A stretch of 63,022 nucleotides of DNA, filler included, from Octopus bimaculoides (taxonomy: Eukaryota): assembly GCF_001194135.2 (NCBI RefSeq). It is 8 parts of 7 records of this genome, joined end to end, with 100 filler letters (N's around TTAATTAATTAA, not from the genome) between each part and the next. Parts side by side here need not be neighbours in the genome. Positions count along the whole stretch, not along the records: positions 9,019 to 32,054 come from NC_068981.1; positions 32,155 to 37,335 come from NC_068989.1; 6 more parts are not named here. One strand, written 5' to 3'. The notes beneath the pieces were generated by a model. It saw nothing but the letters and a program-made list of their open reading frames with translations, did not search any database and was not told the DNA's origin. The translations under genes and the position numbers were made by a program. Positions 21,882 through 35,191 of the stretch are shown one piece after another; the first letter of the stretch is position 1, and each line of letters starts with the position of its first letter.

Positions 21882-24870
21882 ATGCCGACTAAAACAAACA
21901 CAATCACTACCAGAAATGAAGAAATACTGAAAGAACTAAAGAAAATCAACACAAATCTGTTAACGTTTTTGAACGACTTCGACTCGACACATGAACCCAA
22001 TCGAAAGAACAATGAAGAAAGCGATACGAAAAATACAACCTCTGAAATCGTCGAAAACCTTGAAAACTTATGCGAAACAATTAGAACATTTTTCTCAAAC
22101 AACACGAACCAAAGACCTCTAAACGAGGCAGCATATGGGATCAATACTCTAACAACATACCAAATGAAACATTACATAGTACCACAATGGAACAAATCAC
22201 TAAGAGATAGAAAGTTCGCCTTTTTGAAGATGATCTAAAACAACAACAAAGCGGATACTCTTTTACTCTTTTACTTGTTTCAGTCATTTGACTGTGGCCA
22301 TGCTGGAGCAACGCCTTTTAGTCGAACAAATCGACCCCAGGATTTATTTTTTATAAGCCTAGTACTTATTCTATCGGTCTCTTTTGCCGAACCGCTAAGT
22401 TACGGGGACATAAACACACCAGCATCGGTTTTCAAGCGATGCTGGGGGACAAATACACACAAACATACACACACACACACACATATATATATACATATAC
22501 ATATATACAACGGGCTTCTTTCAGTTTCCGTCTACCAAATCCACTCACAAGGTTTTGGTCGGCCCGAGAAGACACTTGCTCAAGGTGCCACGCAGTGGGA
22601 CTGAACCCGGAACCATGTGGTTGGTAGGCAAGCTACTTACCACACAGCCACTCCTACGCCTAAAATAAAGGAATATCAAATATCATATGAGATTATGGCT
22701 CAATAGGACACCATTAATTCTCTCACGCAGACTCCAGATCAAACCCATTGCAGATGAACCTGAAGCACAAAGACGCCTCAAGGAAAGAATGGCACTGGAA
22801 AAAATGAAGATGGAAATAGAACTTCTAAAATTGAGGGATCAGATGAATGAAAAACTCCATCGATGAAGAGATCAACCAAGAAATTAGCAAAATGACCCAA
22901 GGCCTCGACCTAGAGAAGATCTCCAAACTATGGAAAGAGAATTGTGATGAAGAAGAACTGAAATCCCTCCATCGCTAGGAAAAAAGCGTCACTTGATTCT
23001 CAAACTACGAAACTGTCTTTCAAACAGAGTACGCTTCCAACAACCCTTTCCTGAAAATAAGAAAATCAAAACAACACTCAAACACAGATTCACACCTATC
23101 TAAAAGACGGAACCATCACCCTACCAAAAAAGAATACAAGACCTAACCCTAACTTTGTAACCCACCAGCGATACAACATCAGGAGTACCTCAACTTCAAA
23201 TAGAGGAATGAAAAATCACTACCCGCAGGATAGACACTGCAACCTCCCCCCATAACGAATTACCAACGAAATTTTCGTTCCAACAATCTACTAAACAACC
23301 ACACACAACAAACCCGTACCACACGCAATAATTACCAACATCAGCCCCCTAAAACACCACATCCAATCATGGGTTATTGGGATACACCTTTCAATACCCC
23401 TCCAAAAACTCGCACCATAAATCACAACAGGTCAACCCGCAACAATAAGGAACAACTACATAGCAGCTACCGTCCCAATCACCTCAATCATATTTTAGAC
23501 CCCATACGCAAACACAGAGACACGAGATAGCACCAGACAGACAAGAGGAACCAAAAGTGATGAAAATCATCAAAACCAAATTAACATACTCTCCAAACGG
23601 TTCAAGTTTACACCTACCCCCAACGCCCCAACTATAGCGAAATGAAAGAAGACGTCGCGGAATTCTGAAGAAAATTACGACCCACTGAGGAGCTATACGA
23701 CAAATACAACGAGGATGAATCGTTAGTCCGAAATAGAAGTAACTACACCTCTTCAAAATGTAAGAACAAAATCTTGATCATTTCTGTGAATATATCTCGA
23801 ATTAACCATATATACAAACAAAAATACAAGCCAAACTTCAGCAAAAAAGAATTGGCTGAACTGAACAAATTAAAAGATGATAAAAAAACAATAACAATCA
23901 AAGAGGCTGATAAAGGGTGTGCAGTAGTCTTAATGGACACGGCATACTATATAACTTTAGTACTATCCTTATTAAAAGACAACATATTATGAAACGGTCC
24001 AACACTATAGCCAGCAGAAAATTATGAGAAACTTAAAATCCATGTTAAACCTATACAGAGAAGGGCTCACCGACAAGGAATATGACTATATGACCAATTT
24101 CAAAAGTAAATCCAGTCAATTCTACGGTATCCCCAAGATAGCAAAAGTGAGAAAATAAGTAACGCATGTAGGATAGCCACATAAATAATAATCAAAGTCT
24201 CTAATGACTTCAAATTGAGACCTATAATGGCAGGTCTCGCATGCGAAACCTACCGCCTCAGTAACTTTTTAGACACCCTCTTAAAACCATTCCTCAAGCA
24301 TATCAAAAGCTACATAAGGGATGACCAGGATATGCTCAATCACCTCCTTGAAACAATAAACAAAAAAACCCTACTAGCATCCTTCGATGTAGTCAACCGC
24401 TGTTCTAATATCCCCCATAACCTAGGAATAGAAGTAGTTCAATTCTGGTTAGAGAATTACGCCAATGAACTCCCAAATCGCTAAAATTCATCTTGGAGAA
24501 TAATTACTTTGTCTTCAAAGACAACTTTTATCGACAAAATTCGGGGGCTGCGATGGGTACGAGAGTAGCCCCCTCCTTTGCTAACTTAGTCATGGGATAT
24601 CTTGAAATCAGTCTTTATCGTAAGGTACTAGTAAAATACGGCAACCCATTCTCCCTCTACATAGAAAATAACTGGAAGAGCTACCTGGATGACTGTTTTA
24701 TTCTTTGACATGAAAATATAGAAGGACTTAAAAAATTCCAAGCACTTATAAACAGACTTGACGTAACCATTCAATTCACGATGAAATATAGCCATCAACA
24801 ACTTTCTTTCCTCGACATCCTCATTTAGAAATCCAACAGTAAAATAGAAAGAGACTTATACTACAAGCCC
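21882..24870 (+). mobile_element. Penelope-like element ORF (long N-terminus plus RT), pseudogenised, interrupted by SINE A and cut off by SINE B before any endonuclease domain
   Basis: LSKRFKFTPTP; TIKEADKGCAVVLMD; FYGIPK; RPIMAG..YRLSNFLDTLLKP; LASFDVV; YRQNSGAAMGTRVAPSFANLVMGYLE; WKSYLDDCFIL; IQFT..LSFLDI; DLYYKP. Confidence 0.9.
22258..22661 (-). mobile_element. SINE family A copy nested in the PLE ORF
   Basis: Head AGGCGTAGGAGTGGCTGTGTGGTAAG..GGTTCAGTCCC, internal microsatellite, and tail GCTCCAGCATGGCCACAGTCAAATGACTGAAACAAGTAAAAGAG. Confidence 0.9.
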
Positions 24871-25010
24871 CGAGGTCGACTTTGCCTTTTTTCCTTTCGG
24901 GGTCGATAAATTAAGAAATTAAGTATCAGTGAGACACTGGGACTGATGTAATCGACTAGTCTCCTACCCCACAAATTTCTGGCGTTGTGTCTTTAGTAGA
25001 AAGGAATATT
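24868..25010 (+). mobile_element. SINE family B 3' part
   Basis: GAGGTCGACTTTGCCTTTTT..GGGGTCGATAAATTAAG. Confidence 0.75.
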
Positions 25011-25154
25011 TATAAACGTCTTAAACTTCAACTCATGAATTTGCGTTGTTGTTAATTGTTTTTAAAGGAATACTTTTAAGTAATACATTTAATTAATGTT
25101 TCTAAAAGCAATGACTGTCTATGTGCGTGCTCATTTTGCATGCCCCTGTGCGGA

Positions 25155-25232
25155 TGTATGTATGTATGTATGTATGTATGTATGTATGTATGTATGTATG
25201 TATGTATGTATGTATGTATGTATGTATGTATG
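25155..25232. repeat. (TATG)n microsatellite
   Basis: Directly visible. Confidence 0.97.
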
Positions 25233-25689
25233 TTTATATGCATATTTGTATGTATATATACATACACACACAGATACACATACAGACTCACACACACAAA
25301 CACACACATATATGTATTCATATGCGCACTCATACAAGCATATATACACAGACCTATATATGCATGCATACATTTACACATACGCACACATTGATACATT
25401 TCACACATTTTAAAACATAGCAATAACATTATGTTTTCGAAATGTTTAATTAGTGTGTTTTATTGAGATGTCTGAATACATGCTGGTGCGTAAGTACATC
25501 TATATATGCATGCGCGTATATGTATGCATTTGCAGGGAGCATGCAAAATGAACACGCACGCACATACGCATTCATTGTTTTGGAAACATTAAATAAATGC
25601 ATTATTTTAAAACACTACTTAATACAATTTTATGAGAAAAGTTATTAGAGTGGCTTCGCGCTTATGAAATTTAAGTGTTTATAATATTG

Positions 25690-25902
25690 GTTTCAAATTT
25701 TGGTACTGGGCCAGCAATTTCCGGGGAGGACATAAGTCGATTATATCGACCCCAGTGCTCGGCTAGTACTTATTTCATCGATCCCGAAAGGATGAAAGGC
25801 AAAGTCGGCCTCGACGGAATTTGAACTCAGAACATAATGACGTAAGAAATACCGTTAAGCATTTTGACCGGCGTGCTAGCGATTCTACCACCTCGCCGCC
25901 TT
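25690..25902 (-). mobile_element. SINE family B copy
   Basis: Full head and core match to the other copies. Confidence 0.85.
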
Positions 25903-26273
25903 TAAGGTAATATTACCATGAGAGCGAATGAAATCAGAAACGTGATCCTGAAGCAGCCGTTTTTTCACATATCGTTCAAACACGTTTTAAAGCAAAATAA
26001 CATAATAGTTTTCTTCAAATTTTCATTTCATATATCAAGAATTATTCAAGCAGTGAATATTNNNNNNNNNNNNNNNNNNNNNNNNNNNNNNNNNNNNNNN
26101 NNNNNNNNNNNNNNNNNNNNNNNNNNNNNNNNNNNNNNNNNNNNNNNNNNNNNNNNNNNNNNNNNNNNNNNNNNNNNNNNNNNNNNNNNNNNNNNNNNNN
26201 NNNNNNNNNNNNNNNNNNNNNNNNNNNNNNNNNNNNNNNNNNNNNNNNNNNNNNNNNNNNNNNNNNNNNNNNN

Positions 26274-26290
26274 CGACGCTCTTCCGATCT
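26274..26290 (+). other. Illumina adapter remnant CGACGCTCTTCCGATCT at a contig edge
   Basis: Exact match to the 3' end of the adapter ..TACACGACGCTCTTCCGATCT, immediately after an N gap. Confidence 0.9.
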
Positions 26291-28020
26291 TATATAGTGA
26301 CTGTGTTATCACTGATATAATACAGCATCGCAAAGGCATATTCCAAGAGGATAGCCAGCCTCTTTGATGTTGCTTATGCTTTCTGTAAATTCCTAGTCAT
26401 TCAAGATAAGGAAGTCTGAAGGATACTTCACTGGTTCACAAGGAAACATAAATATCAAAATTACACACTGCTTCTTTGTGGATGACTTAAAACTTTATGC
26501 AAAGAATATGCATGAGATAAAAAAAGTGCCTTGATCTAGTTACAACATTCCCAAAGGGTGTAGGGCTGGAATTTGGTCAAGATAAATGTTATATGTTTGT
26601 GAAAAGGGGGAAAAGTATTAAATAGACTAGAAACATTTGCATTAATGATTTGACTGTTTCCCTATATCTGACGAGGAAGGTTACAGGTATCTAGGGGTAG
26701 ATGAAAACATATCTTACAATGGCACCCGTAACAAAACATGCGTTACTAAAGAATATTACAGCCAAAAAAAAAAAAAAAAATTGGATCTCAGAACTCTCTG
26801 CATTCAATAAAACAGTGGCGCACAATGTTTACAGTGTCAGTACTCATACCAACATTGATTGGATGCTTGATGAGATCCGAACCATTGATATGAAAACCCG
26901 AAAAATACTAACAAACACACATAGTTTCCACATAAACAGTGACGTAGACCGCCTCTACCTAAAACGGAAACAAGGCGGTGGAGGCTTATCATCGATCCAA
27001 AATGCCTTTGAATGTTGCATCATATCCCTTCGGCAATATCTTTTAACCGCCAAATCTCGAAGTGTATCCTCCCTTGACTAAGTTTGAATGCATGAGGCTG
27101 ATAACATCATAAGACTTGTAAGGCAAGCTCCTTGAGCAACATTCCTTGTCTGAATACATTCCCAAAGAAGTAGCACGACTCTACCGCAACATATCATCAG
27201 ATGAAAGCATGAATCTATATATGCAGAAGACTGTGCAGGGATATGTTAGTATAAAGCACCGAGATGATAGTAACATTGATCATCAAAGTAGTTTATCATG
27301 GATCAATAGCCGGATTACTACCTCCTACTTTGAAGGGTATGCGTTTGCGATCCAGGAACACGAAATATCAACTTAGTACCTGATGCACAAAAGGGATAGA
27401 AATGCAGGAAAAGCAGTAAAATGTGACAACCGATGCAGACTTTGTAGAGTTAACACCGAAGATATCACCCACATCATAAGCATTTGTCCGAAAATGTCAT
27501 CACGGTATTATCTACTGATGAGACATGTTGCTAGGACACTCTATAATGAAATCCGTCGGAAGGATAACCCTGAGGAAAATGAAATAAGAATCCACTGTAT
27601 GGTAGAAGCCATAGTCACTCATAATAAAAAGGAGTATTGGTGGAATGTACCAGTGAGGACCTCAATAAAATATAAGCGCGACAGACCATATATAATGATT
27701 TTGGGTAGAGAAGAGAAACTGTGTACAGTTGTGGAAATTAGCTGCTCAGCGGATGTTAACATACAGCTGAAGATCAGTAAAAAAGAGAACACCTATGCTG
27801 AACTATTGAGAAATCTGCAGTTACTCTATCCAGATTACAAGTTCAGTTTTATACCTGTAATTATTGGCGCCCTGGGATATGTAACACACTGCCTAAATGC
27901 CAATCTTGAGAAATTAGGTTTCTCAAAACCAGAAAGGAAAAAATAATTCGAAGACTACACAAATCCAATCTATCTCTAGAATTGCAAAACTGTAAAACTT
28001 TCCAGAAGTTTATCATTTAA
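26291..28020 (+). mobile_element. R4/Dong-type non-LTR retrotransposon (RT, CCHC knuckle, restriction-like endonuclease), 5' end lost at the gap, frameshifted
   Basis: KGIFQEDS; THCFFVDDLKLYAK; YRYLG; DVDRLYLKRKQGGGGL; FAIQE; CRLC..EDITHIISIC; RP(Y)I..VVEISC..ENTYAEL..PVIIGALG; ends CKTFQKFII* at 28020. Confidence 0.85.
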
Positions 28021-28156
28021 ATATATATGAGCATGTCTAGATATGCAACTATATGCATGAGAATACATACATAAAACATACAAATCTGCACATACATACA
28101 TACATACATACATACATACATACATACATACATGCATGCATGCATACATGCATACA

Positions 28157-28187
<31 letters not shown>

Positions 28188-28278
28188 CTAGTTTTAATAG
28201 ATATTGCTCAGTTGAAGCTATATGGCCAAAGCAATAGCTTGGTATTTCTTAACAAGTTCTTCCACATAGAACTTGTTA

Positions 28279-28722
28279 AGGCGCAGTCGTGGCTGTGCGG
28301 TAAGAAGCTTGCTTCCCAACCACATGGTTCTGGGTTCAGTCCTACTGCATGGCACTTTGGGCAAGTGTTTCCTACTAAAGTCTCGGACCGACCAAAGCCT
28401 TGTGAATGGATCTAGTAGACGGAAAGTGAAAGAAGCCCGTCGTATCTGTCTGTCTTTTCTATCTATCTATCTATCTATCTATCTATATGTGTGTGTGAGT
28501 GTCTTTATGCCTGTGTTTGTCGCCCTATTACCGCTTGGTGACCGGTGATGGTGTGTTTATATCCCCGTAACACTAGCAGTTCGGCAAAAGAGAACGATAG
28601 AATAAGTACTAGGCTTAAAAAATAAGGTCCTGGGGTCGACTGTTCGATTAAAACTCTTCAAGGCGGTACTCCGGCATGGCCACAGTCAAACGACTGAAAC
28701 AAATAAATGAATAAAAGAATAA
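28279..28722 (+). mobile_element. SINE family A copy
   Basis: Head, internal (TATC)n/(TG)n and tail align with the other copies. Confidence 0.88.
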
Positions 28723-28954
28723 ATACTTAGACAGACATGACATTTTCGGGTATTTCTTGGTCGTTGTAAGTTTTTTATTTCCCTATTACATGTCATTTAT
28801 ACGCAGTTTGTATATTGTGCTAAATATTTCTCCGAATCTAGTAATGAAGATTTACAGTTAAGTAGTCATCTTAACAGAACCGTACTCTTACGAGCTCATT
28901 TAGATCTAAGATTAAAAAAAAAAAGATAAGGCTCACCGCCCTAAAAATTATAAT

Positions 28955-29388
28955 AACGATTTCAAATTTTGGCACAAGGCCAGCAGGTTTGGGAGAGGGA
29001 CTAGGTCAATTAAATTGGCTCCAGTGTTCAGCTAGTACTTATTCTAACGACCCCAAAAGGATGAAAGGCAAAGTCAAGGCCGACGGAATTTGAACTCAGA
29101 ACGTAATGAAATGCAGTTAAGCATTTTGCTCAGCGTGCTAACTATTCTGCCAGCTCGCCATCTTAACAATCCTTTCTACAATAGGCACAAGATCTAATCT
29201 GAAATTTGAGGAAGTTGGGTAGTTGATTAGATCGACCCCTGTGTTTCACTGGTACTTAATTTATCGACCCCGAAAGGATGAAAGGCGATGTCGACCTCGG
29301 TGGAATTTGAACTCAGAACCTGGAGACGGAACGAAATGCCGCTAGGCATTTTGCCCAGAGTGCTAACGATTCTACCAGCTCACCGCCT
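28955..29388 (-). mobile_element. Two tandem SINE family B copies
   Basis: Two consecutive cores (..AAAGGATGAAAGGC..GAATTTGAACTCAGAA). Confidence 0.85.
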
Positions 29389-29591
29389 TCGCCATCATAA
29401 TAATAAATACACACACACACACGCATGCACGCACACGCATATAGATATAACGGCGTGATGGTTTTAGTCTTACTTCACGTACGAAATAAAAGTACAAACT
29501 AATATATATATATTAAAAATTGCAATTAATGCCCTCGAGAAAAGGAAGAATGCTTCCTAATTAATTTTATTCATCTTCCTTTTATATTCAC

Positions 29592-29643
<52 letters not shown>

Positions 29644-30244
29644 ATGTATGTGTGCGTGTGCGTATTAATACACATCTTCTCACAGATAAATTTGTTTTGT
29701 CAAACATATTTGCTTTGCCTACTTTGCTCTTTGTTATATTTTGTTGTCTGCGAAAATTGAGTTAGCGGGAGACTGCTATTGTCATAAAAAGCTCCCCTAC
29801 CAAAAATAAACAGAATCAAAGTAGAAAAAGCAAAAATAAAACGAGATAAAAATGATTTTACGAATGAAACTGAATCGAGATATATTCATATAAATATTGC
29901 TTTACCTTTAGAAACAATATGGAACATCATTTCAAATATTTTCGACATATTTGAAAGAAAGTTTTTTAAAAAATCGTAAATTGAAAAATTATTTCAAATA
30001 GGGGAAAGAAAGAGCGAAAGCTAAATGAGAATAAAATAAGTAAATTTTGCTTCCCAGTAGATAGGCCTGCGGCTATAGAAAAATATTTGAGTTTGTAGTT
30101 GAAGGAAATACCAGTATTTATATCCAAATATATACTTTACGATTGTGTGTCAGTATGCCAGCACATATAGGTTTACACACCTTTATAGATGGATATAAAA
30201 CCAATCATTTGATATATACGTATATACACATATACAAACATACA

Positions 30245-30293
<49 letters not shown>

Positions 30294-31332
30294 ACATACA
30301 CACATACACACATACACACACACATATATAAACATGATGTGTTTTAATACTATTCCACATATACAAAAACAGCCATACCAACAATCCAACATACCTCCAT
30401 CACCAGCTGCCCCACATATATCATTATGGTTTCGACACATGGACAGTACCATTCAATCCGGCGGTCTCAACGACACTAAAATAAGTGTTGTTTGGAAACA
30501 AACATACCAAAAAAAACTACAACTTTCAAACACATTTACCTTATGCACAACAGTATCGGTAAATAAATTCAATAAGTAAATCAATATCCAACTCCTAAAT
30601 ATGTAACTAAACAGCGACCAAACATTTAAGTCATACATTTTATTCCCTACAGTTTTCCGTAGTATAACATAAAAGTGAAGGCTCAATAACCACATTCATT
30701 CAATCTAAATACAGGCAGGATTAAACACTAACTTTAAAAATTAAACTACAGCAAAGAAACACATAAATCTATGTACATCTGTATCGTATTTACTATTGTA
30801 GGTTTACTATTAGTAAACCTACAATAGCTAAATTATATACTAAATAGCAACCAATCTTTAAGTCCATACAAATAATAATCCCATCAGTCTACTATAATAA
30901 AAAATAAAATAAGTGAAAGCTTTATTTCAATTCTCTCCAAAACAAAACACGATTGAATTTAATTTAACGAATAATATAATAATTATGAGCGAAATACATT
31001 ATTTCATAATTCAAAAGTTAATAAACTTACCAGTAACTAATAGAAATATTAGATTTATTAAATAGTAACTAATAAATGTATACTTGTAATTAACCATTAT
31101 TATGAGACCTTGCTACGATTAAAGCTAAATTAAAACTGTTTAAAAGATAATAAAACTACATAGTATTAATACTTACATGTGTTTTCAAACCAGGTGCTTC
31201 CATCACCTCTAGAACTTAAAAGACTATCTTAACTATAGATGATATAGTTCATAATTACTACGACCAATGTTGTCTCAAATAATATTGGTGATGTAGTAAG
31301 CAAATAACTTGAATCGTAAACATTCCAAATCT

Positions 31333-31635
31333 TTACAAATATTTGCTAAGTTGATGGCTAGATACCACCCCGTATTTATTCAAAATTTCAAGTCTCCCAT
31401 CTAAACAGCGATTAAAATTTTTAACCAATTTACCACATCTATACACTTGTTTTACTAAATATCTTAACAGTTTATTTATTCTATCCAAAAATTTATCAGC
31501 ATTATTAATAATAGTACTATATCTGACAATTTGCCCTGCAAAAACACCATAACCAATAAAAGAAGGAATTCTACTACTGAAACATGGCACTGAAGCACTT
31601 GGAAATCAAAATCTCCTGTTTTATTATAAATGTCA
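31333..31635 (-). mobile_element. PLE reverse-transcriptase C-terminal fragment (Naiad-like by recollection of the motif)
   Basis: IYNKTGDFDFQV, a frameshift, then PCFSSRIPSFIGYGVFAGQIVRYSTI..FLDR..LL..LVKQ, resembling YDKRDDF.F..NFP.L.SNIP...YGV..SQL.RY. Confidence 0.65.
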
Positions 31636-31785
31636 GAAAATTTAGACAAATAAGCATAAGTCGATTAGTGTGTTTAAATGTTGAGTAGAGCACCGGCACA
31701 GTTTAGGCTACCTGTTATCATCCGTGATTGTGGTACACTTCCGTTAGATTTACTTCAGGAACTTCGCAGAGGCAGTTAGGATAAT

Positions 31786-32045
31786 AGTATTAATTAATAA
31801 TAGGAGATAAATTTCGTATTAAACTTTTATTAGGTACAACATATGTTCTAAACCAGCGGTCTGGGTCTCTTCAGGTACATTGATAGAGAAGTCTCGCTAC
31901 AACAACAAGCCACCCGACACAAAAAAATCTCTAGTAAAACTTCTTTATCAATGTACCTAAAGCGACCCAGACCGATGGGTCGAGATATATGTTGTACCTA
32001 ATAAAAGTCTAATACGAAATCCATCTCCTACTATTAATTAATACT
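31786..32045. repeat. Imperfect ~107-bp inverted repeat; each arm contains a decayed minimal hammerhead (31834-31878 minus; 31953-31997 plus)
   Basis: Arms 31786-31892 and 31939-32045 align in reverse complement. Combined consensus: GTAC-CTGAAGA-GACCCA(6 nt)TGGGTC-GAAA-CATATG-TT-GTAC. Confidence 0.75.
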
Positions 32046-32270
32046 TTATATATANNNNNNNNNNNNNNNNNNNNNNNNNNNNNNNNNNNNNNNNNNNNTT
32101 AATTAATTAANNNNNNNNNNNNNNNNNNNNNNNNNNNNNNNNNNNNNNNNNNNNTATATATATATATATAGTCGGTATACAGCACTTACTCGGTATTACC
32201 TGTATTCTCCTGGGTTTGGTTAAATCCAATACCCTCCTCAACCTTATATATATATATATATATATATTGT

Positions 32271-32726
32271 ACTTAATGTATATACTCTGTTGATAGGACA
32301 GTTAATGCAGTATTTGATCTGACATAAGATTTCTCGTGGGCTTGTGCTAAAAACAATGAATAATCGGAAGGGACGAAAACCTCATATATTATCGAGAACG
32401 CCAGATACAAATCGACCTTTTGAACTTTTTAATTGGTGCATACTCCAAGCAGGACATACCCTTGGACGGCAATTAGCTACTCGGCGGTAGTTAAAATCTA
32501 CTATATGCAATAGAAACAGTATTAAATTAAAGTAGTGTTTTATGTATCATATTTAATGTATATATACTACGATCGAATAGCATCGGGCCTTATCTCTGAC
32601 CGCTGCTGGGGTGAGTTTTCGTCCCTTCCGATATTTATTATGGTTTCAATACAGTACGTCCATAGGTGATATTATCTCAAGCCAAATATCATAATAACTC
32701 GTCGATCGACGGTATATATATTAAGT
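32271..32726. mobile_element. Unclassified non-coding element with long degenerate terminal inverted repeats
   Basis: Ends ACTTAATGTATATAC / GTATATATATTAAGT; exact 18-bp inverted match at 32363-32380 and 32615-32632. Confidence 0.55.
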
Positions 32727-32833
32727 GTGTATAATATATAGACTTATCTATCACTCTATTTATCTATGTATCTATCTATATATCTATTAATCCATCTCTC
32801 TCTCTCTCTCTTGATATATATATATATACATAT

Positions 32834-32914
<81 letters not shown>

Positions 32915-33162
32915 GATAGATAGACAGATAGATAGATAGATAGATAGATNNNNNNNNNNATAGATATGTGCATATATTGATATGTATGTATGTATGTATG
33001 TATGTATGTTTGTATGTATGTATGTATGTATGTATCTATCTATCTATCTATCTATATATATATATATATATCATGAAGTGGAAATCACTTAATATATGAA
33101 ATAGTATTTCTTCTTTTATTATGTACTGCCTATTTATCAGTCCTGATAACACGTCACTGATA

Positions 33163-33164
<2 letters not shown>

Positions 33165-33193
<29 letters not shown>

Positions 33194-33328
33194 CATACAT
33201 ACATACAAACACGCAGACAAACAGAGAGGCCTACAGACACACATCAGACAGAGAAACAAATGACAGACGGACAGACAGACAGACAAACAGACGGGCAGAC
33301 AGACAGACAGGCAGACAGACAGACAGAC

Positions 33329-33376
<48 letters not shown>

Positions 33377-33378
33377 GG
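33165..33378. repeat. Compound (CATA)n-(GACA)n-(GATA)n microsatellite
   Basis: Directly visible. Confidence 0.95.
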
Positions 33379-34172
33379 ATAAACAGACAAACGGTTTTAT
33401 TCGCGCGTTATTTTTGGTGTACAATTCTGAAATTTCAACCATGTGAATATAGCGATAACCAGGTGAGTAAATATTTTATTTTATGAAGAGGCTGATGTGT
33501 GGCAAATGAAAAGGAAGGGAGAGACGAGGAATGGACAGAAACGGACGATTAACTAAAATATCAAGAAACCAGACGAGTCATCTCTAATGAATGAATGAAG
33601 CAAGATATCTGGAAAGTTGAAATAAGTTAGAGATGAGGTGGAATCTTCTAGTTGGTTATAAAATAGGTTTGCAACTGACTCATTAGCACAGAAACTGACT
33701 GGTGGAGGGGGAAAATACAAAGTGAGATGGTTATTTGAAGGAAAGGAGTTCATGCAGATAAGCTGTTGTTGCTGCAAGTGTGCTCTGAATGTATACAAAT
33801 CTGATCAAAAGCATTCCATCCGTAACTTTTTCGTATTTTTTAAATTTTAGGTTATTGCATCTAGGGCTATGTTCCAGAATGCATTATTCCTTTTTGAAGA
33901 CGATAGGATAAAAGACGAAAAGCATGTCTGCTATTTCTAGCAGTTGAGTGACCATAGCTGATTGGTGGGTGTGTGCTCACCTATCTTGAGGAATTTGCAA
34001 TGCTCTGAACTTTTTAGTATATCTGAAGCCACTGAATTAATATAAAATATACATACACACCATTAAATGAATTATATTATCGTTAAAGGCGTGAAATTGT
34101 AATGATATTTGGACGAAAACTGACGTGGAAAAGGTATATCCCTGTCTTGTGTGTAAATTTTCAACCTTATCA

Positions 34173-34218
<46 letters not shown>

Positions 34219-34220
34219 TA

Positions 34221-34610
34221 TTCTTTTATTCTTTTACTTGTTTTAGTCCTCTGACTGCGGCCATGCTGGAGCACCGTCTTTAGTCGAACGAATCAACCAC
34301 AGGACGTTTTCTTTGTAAGCCTAGTACTTATTATATCGGTCTCTTTTGCCGAACCACTAAATTACACGGACGTAAATACATTAGTATCGGTGTCAAGCGA
34401 TGGTGATATGGGACAAATGCAGACACACAAATGCATACACATATATATATATATACGACGGGCTTCTTTCAGTTTCCGCCTACCAAAGCCATTGACAGGA
34501 CTTTGGTCGGCCCGAGGCTATAGTAGAAGACAATTGTCCTAGGTGCCACGCAGTCAGACCGAACTCGGAACCATGCGGTTGGGAAGCAAGCTTCTTACCA
34601 CACAGCCACT
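34221..34610 (-). mobile_element. SINE family A copy
   Basis: Aligns with 46436-46862. Confidence 0.87.
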
Positions 34611-34950
34611 TCAATTTAGGTACATATATCAGACACGAGTTATTATTTACCAACATTCAAATATGAAACCGTCATTCGATAAGGTCTCCAAGACGCAAAT
34701 GTTATAATGACCTTGAACCGCTTTTTCATGTTACGTATGTAACGCATTAAAGAATAATAAAAATATATATATGCAAAGCTTAAGCATGTCTGCGCGAAAT
34801 TATACGAGAAACAAACACAAAACATGACGTAGATTTAAAGAAATCAGTAATCGTTTTGTTTATGCCTGAGAGAAAGAGAGCGAAAGAAAGAAAGAGTACA
34901 AGCTTGTGTTATGAATATATAAATTTTTAAATGAAGTTCTCAGAATTTAT

Positions 34951-35138
34951 AGGCGCAGGAGTGGCTGTGTGGTAAGTAGCTTGCTTATCAACTACATGGT
35001 TCCGGGTTCAGTCCAACTGCATGGTACCTTGGGCAAGTGTCTTCTACTATAACCTTGGGCCGACCAAAGCCTTGTGAGTAGATTTGGTAGACGGAAACTG
35101 AAAGAAGCCCGTCGTATATATGTATATATATATATATG

Positions 35139-35191
<53 letters not shown>

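Noticed and set aside
25076-25429. ORFs made of YI/HT/CV/MYVC repeats here and throughout the window
   Set aside because: Translations of (TA)n, (CA)n and (TATG)n microsatellites.
30415-30480. HHR-like GAC..GTC-GAAA on the minus strand (similar weak cases at about 31170-31225, 62095-62180, 6170-6230 and 9635-9670)
   Set aside because: Two or more mismatches in CUGANGA and no consistent helix I/III; not distinguishable from chance in AT-rich DNA.
33553-33798. ORF faintly resembling a LINE apurinic endonuclease segment (NLFYNQL)
   Set aside because: The following GDFN motif is absent; similarity is too weak.
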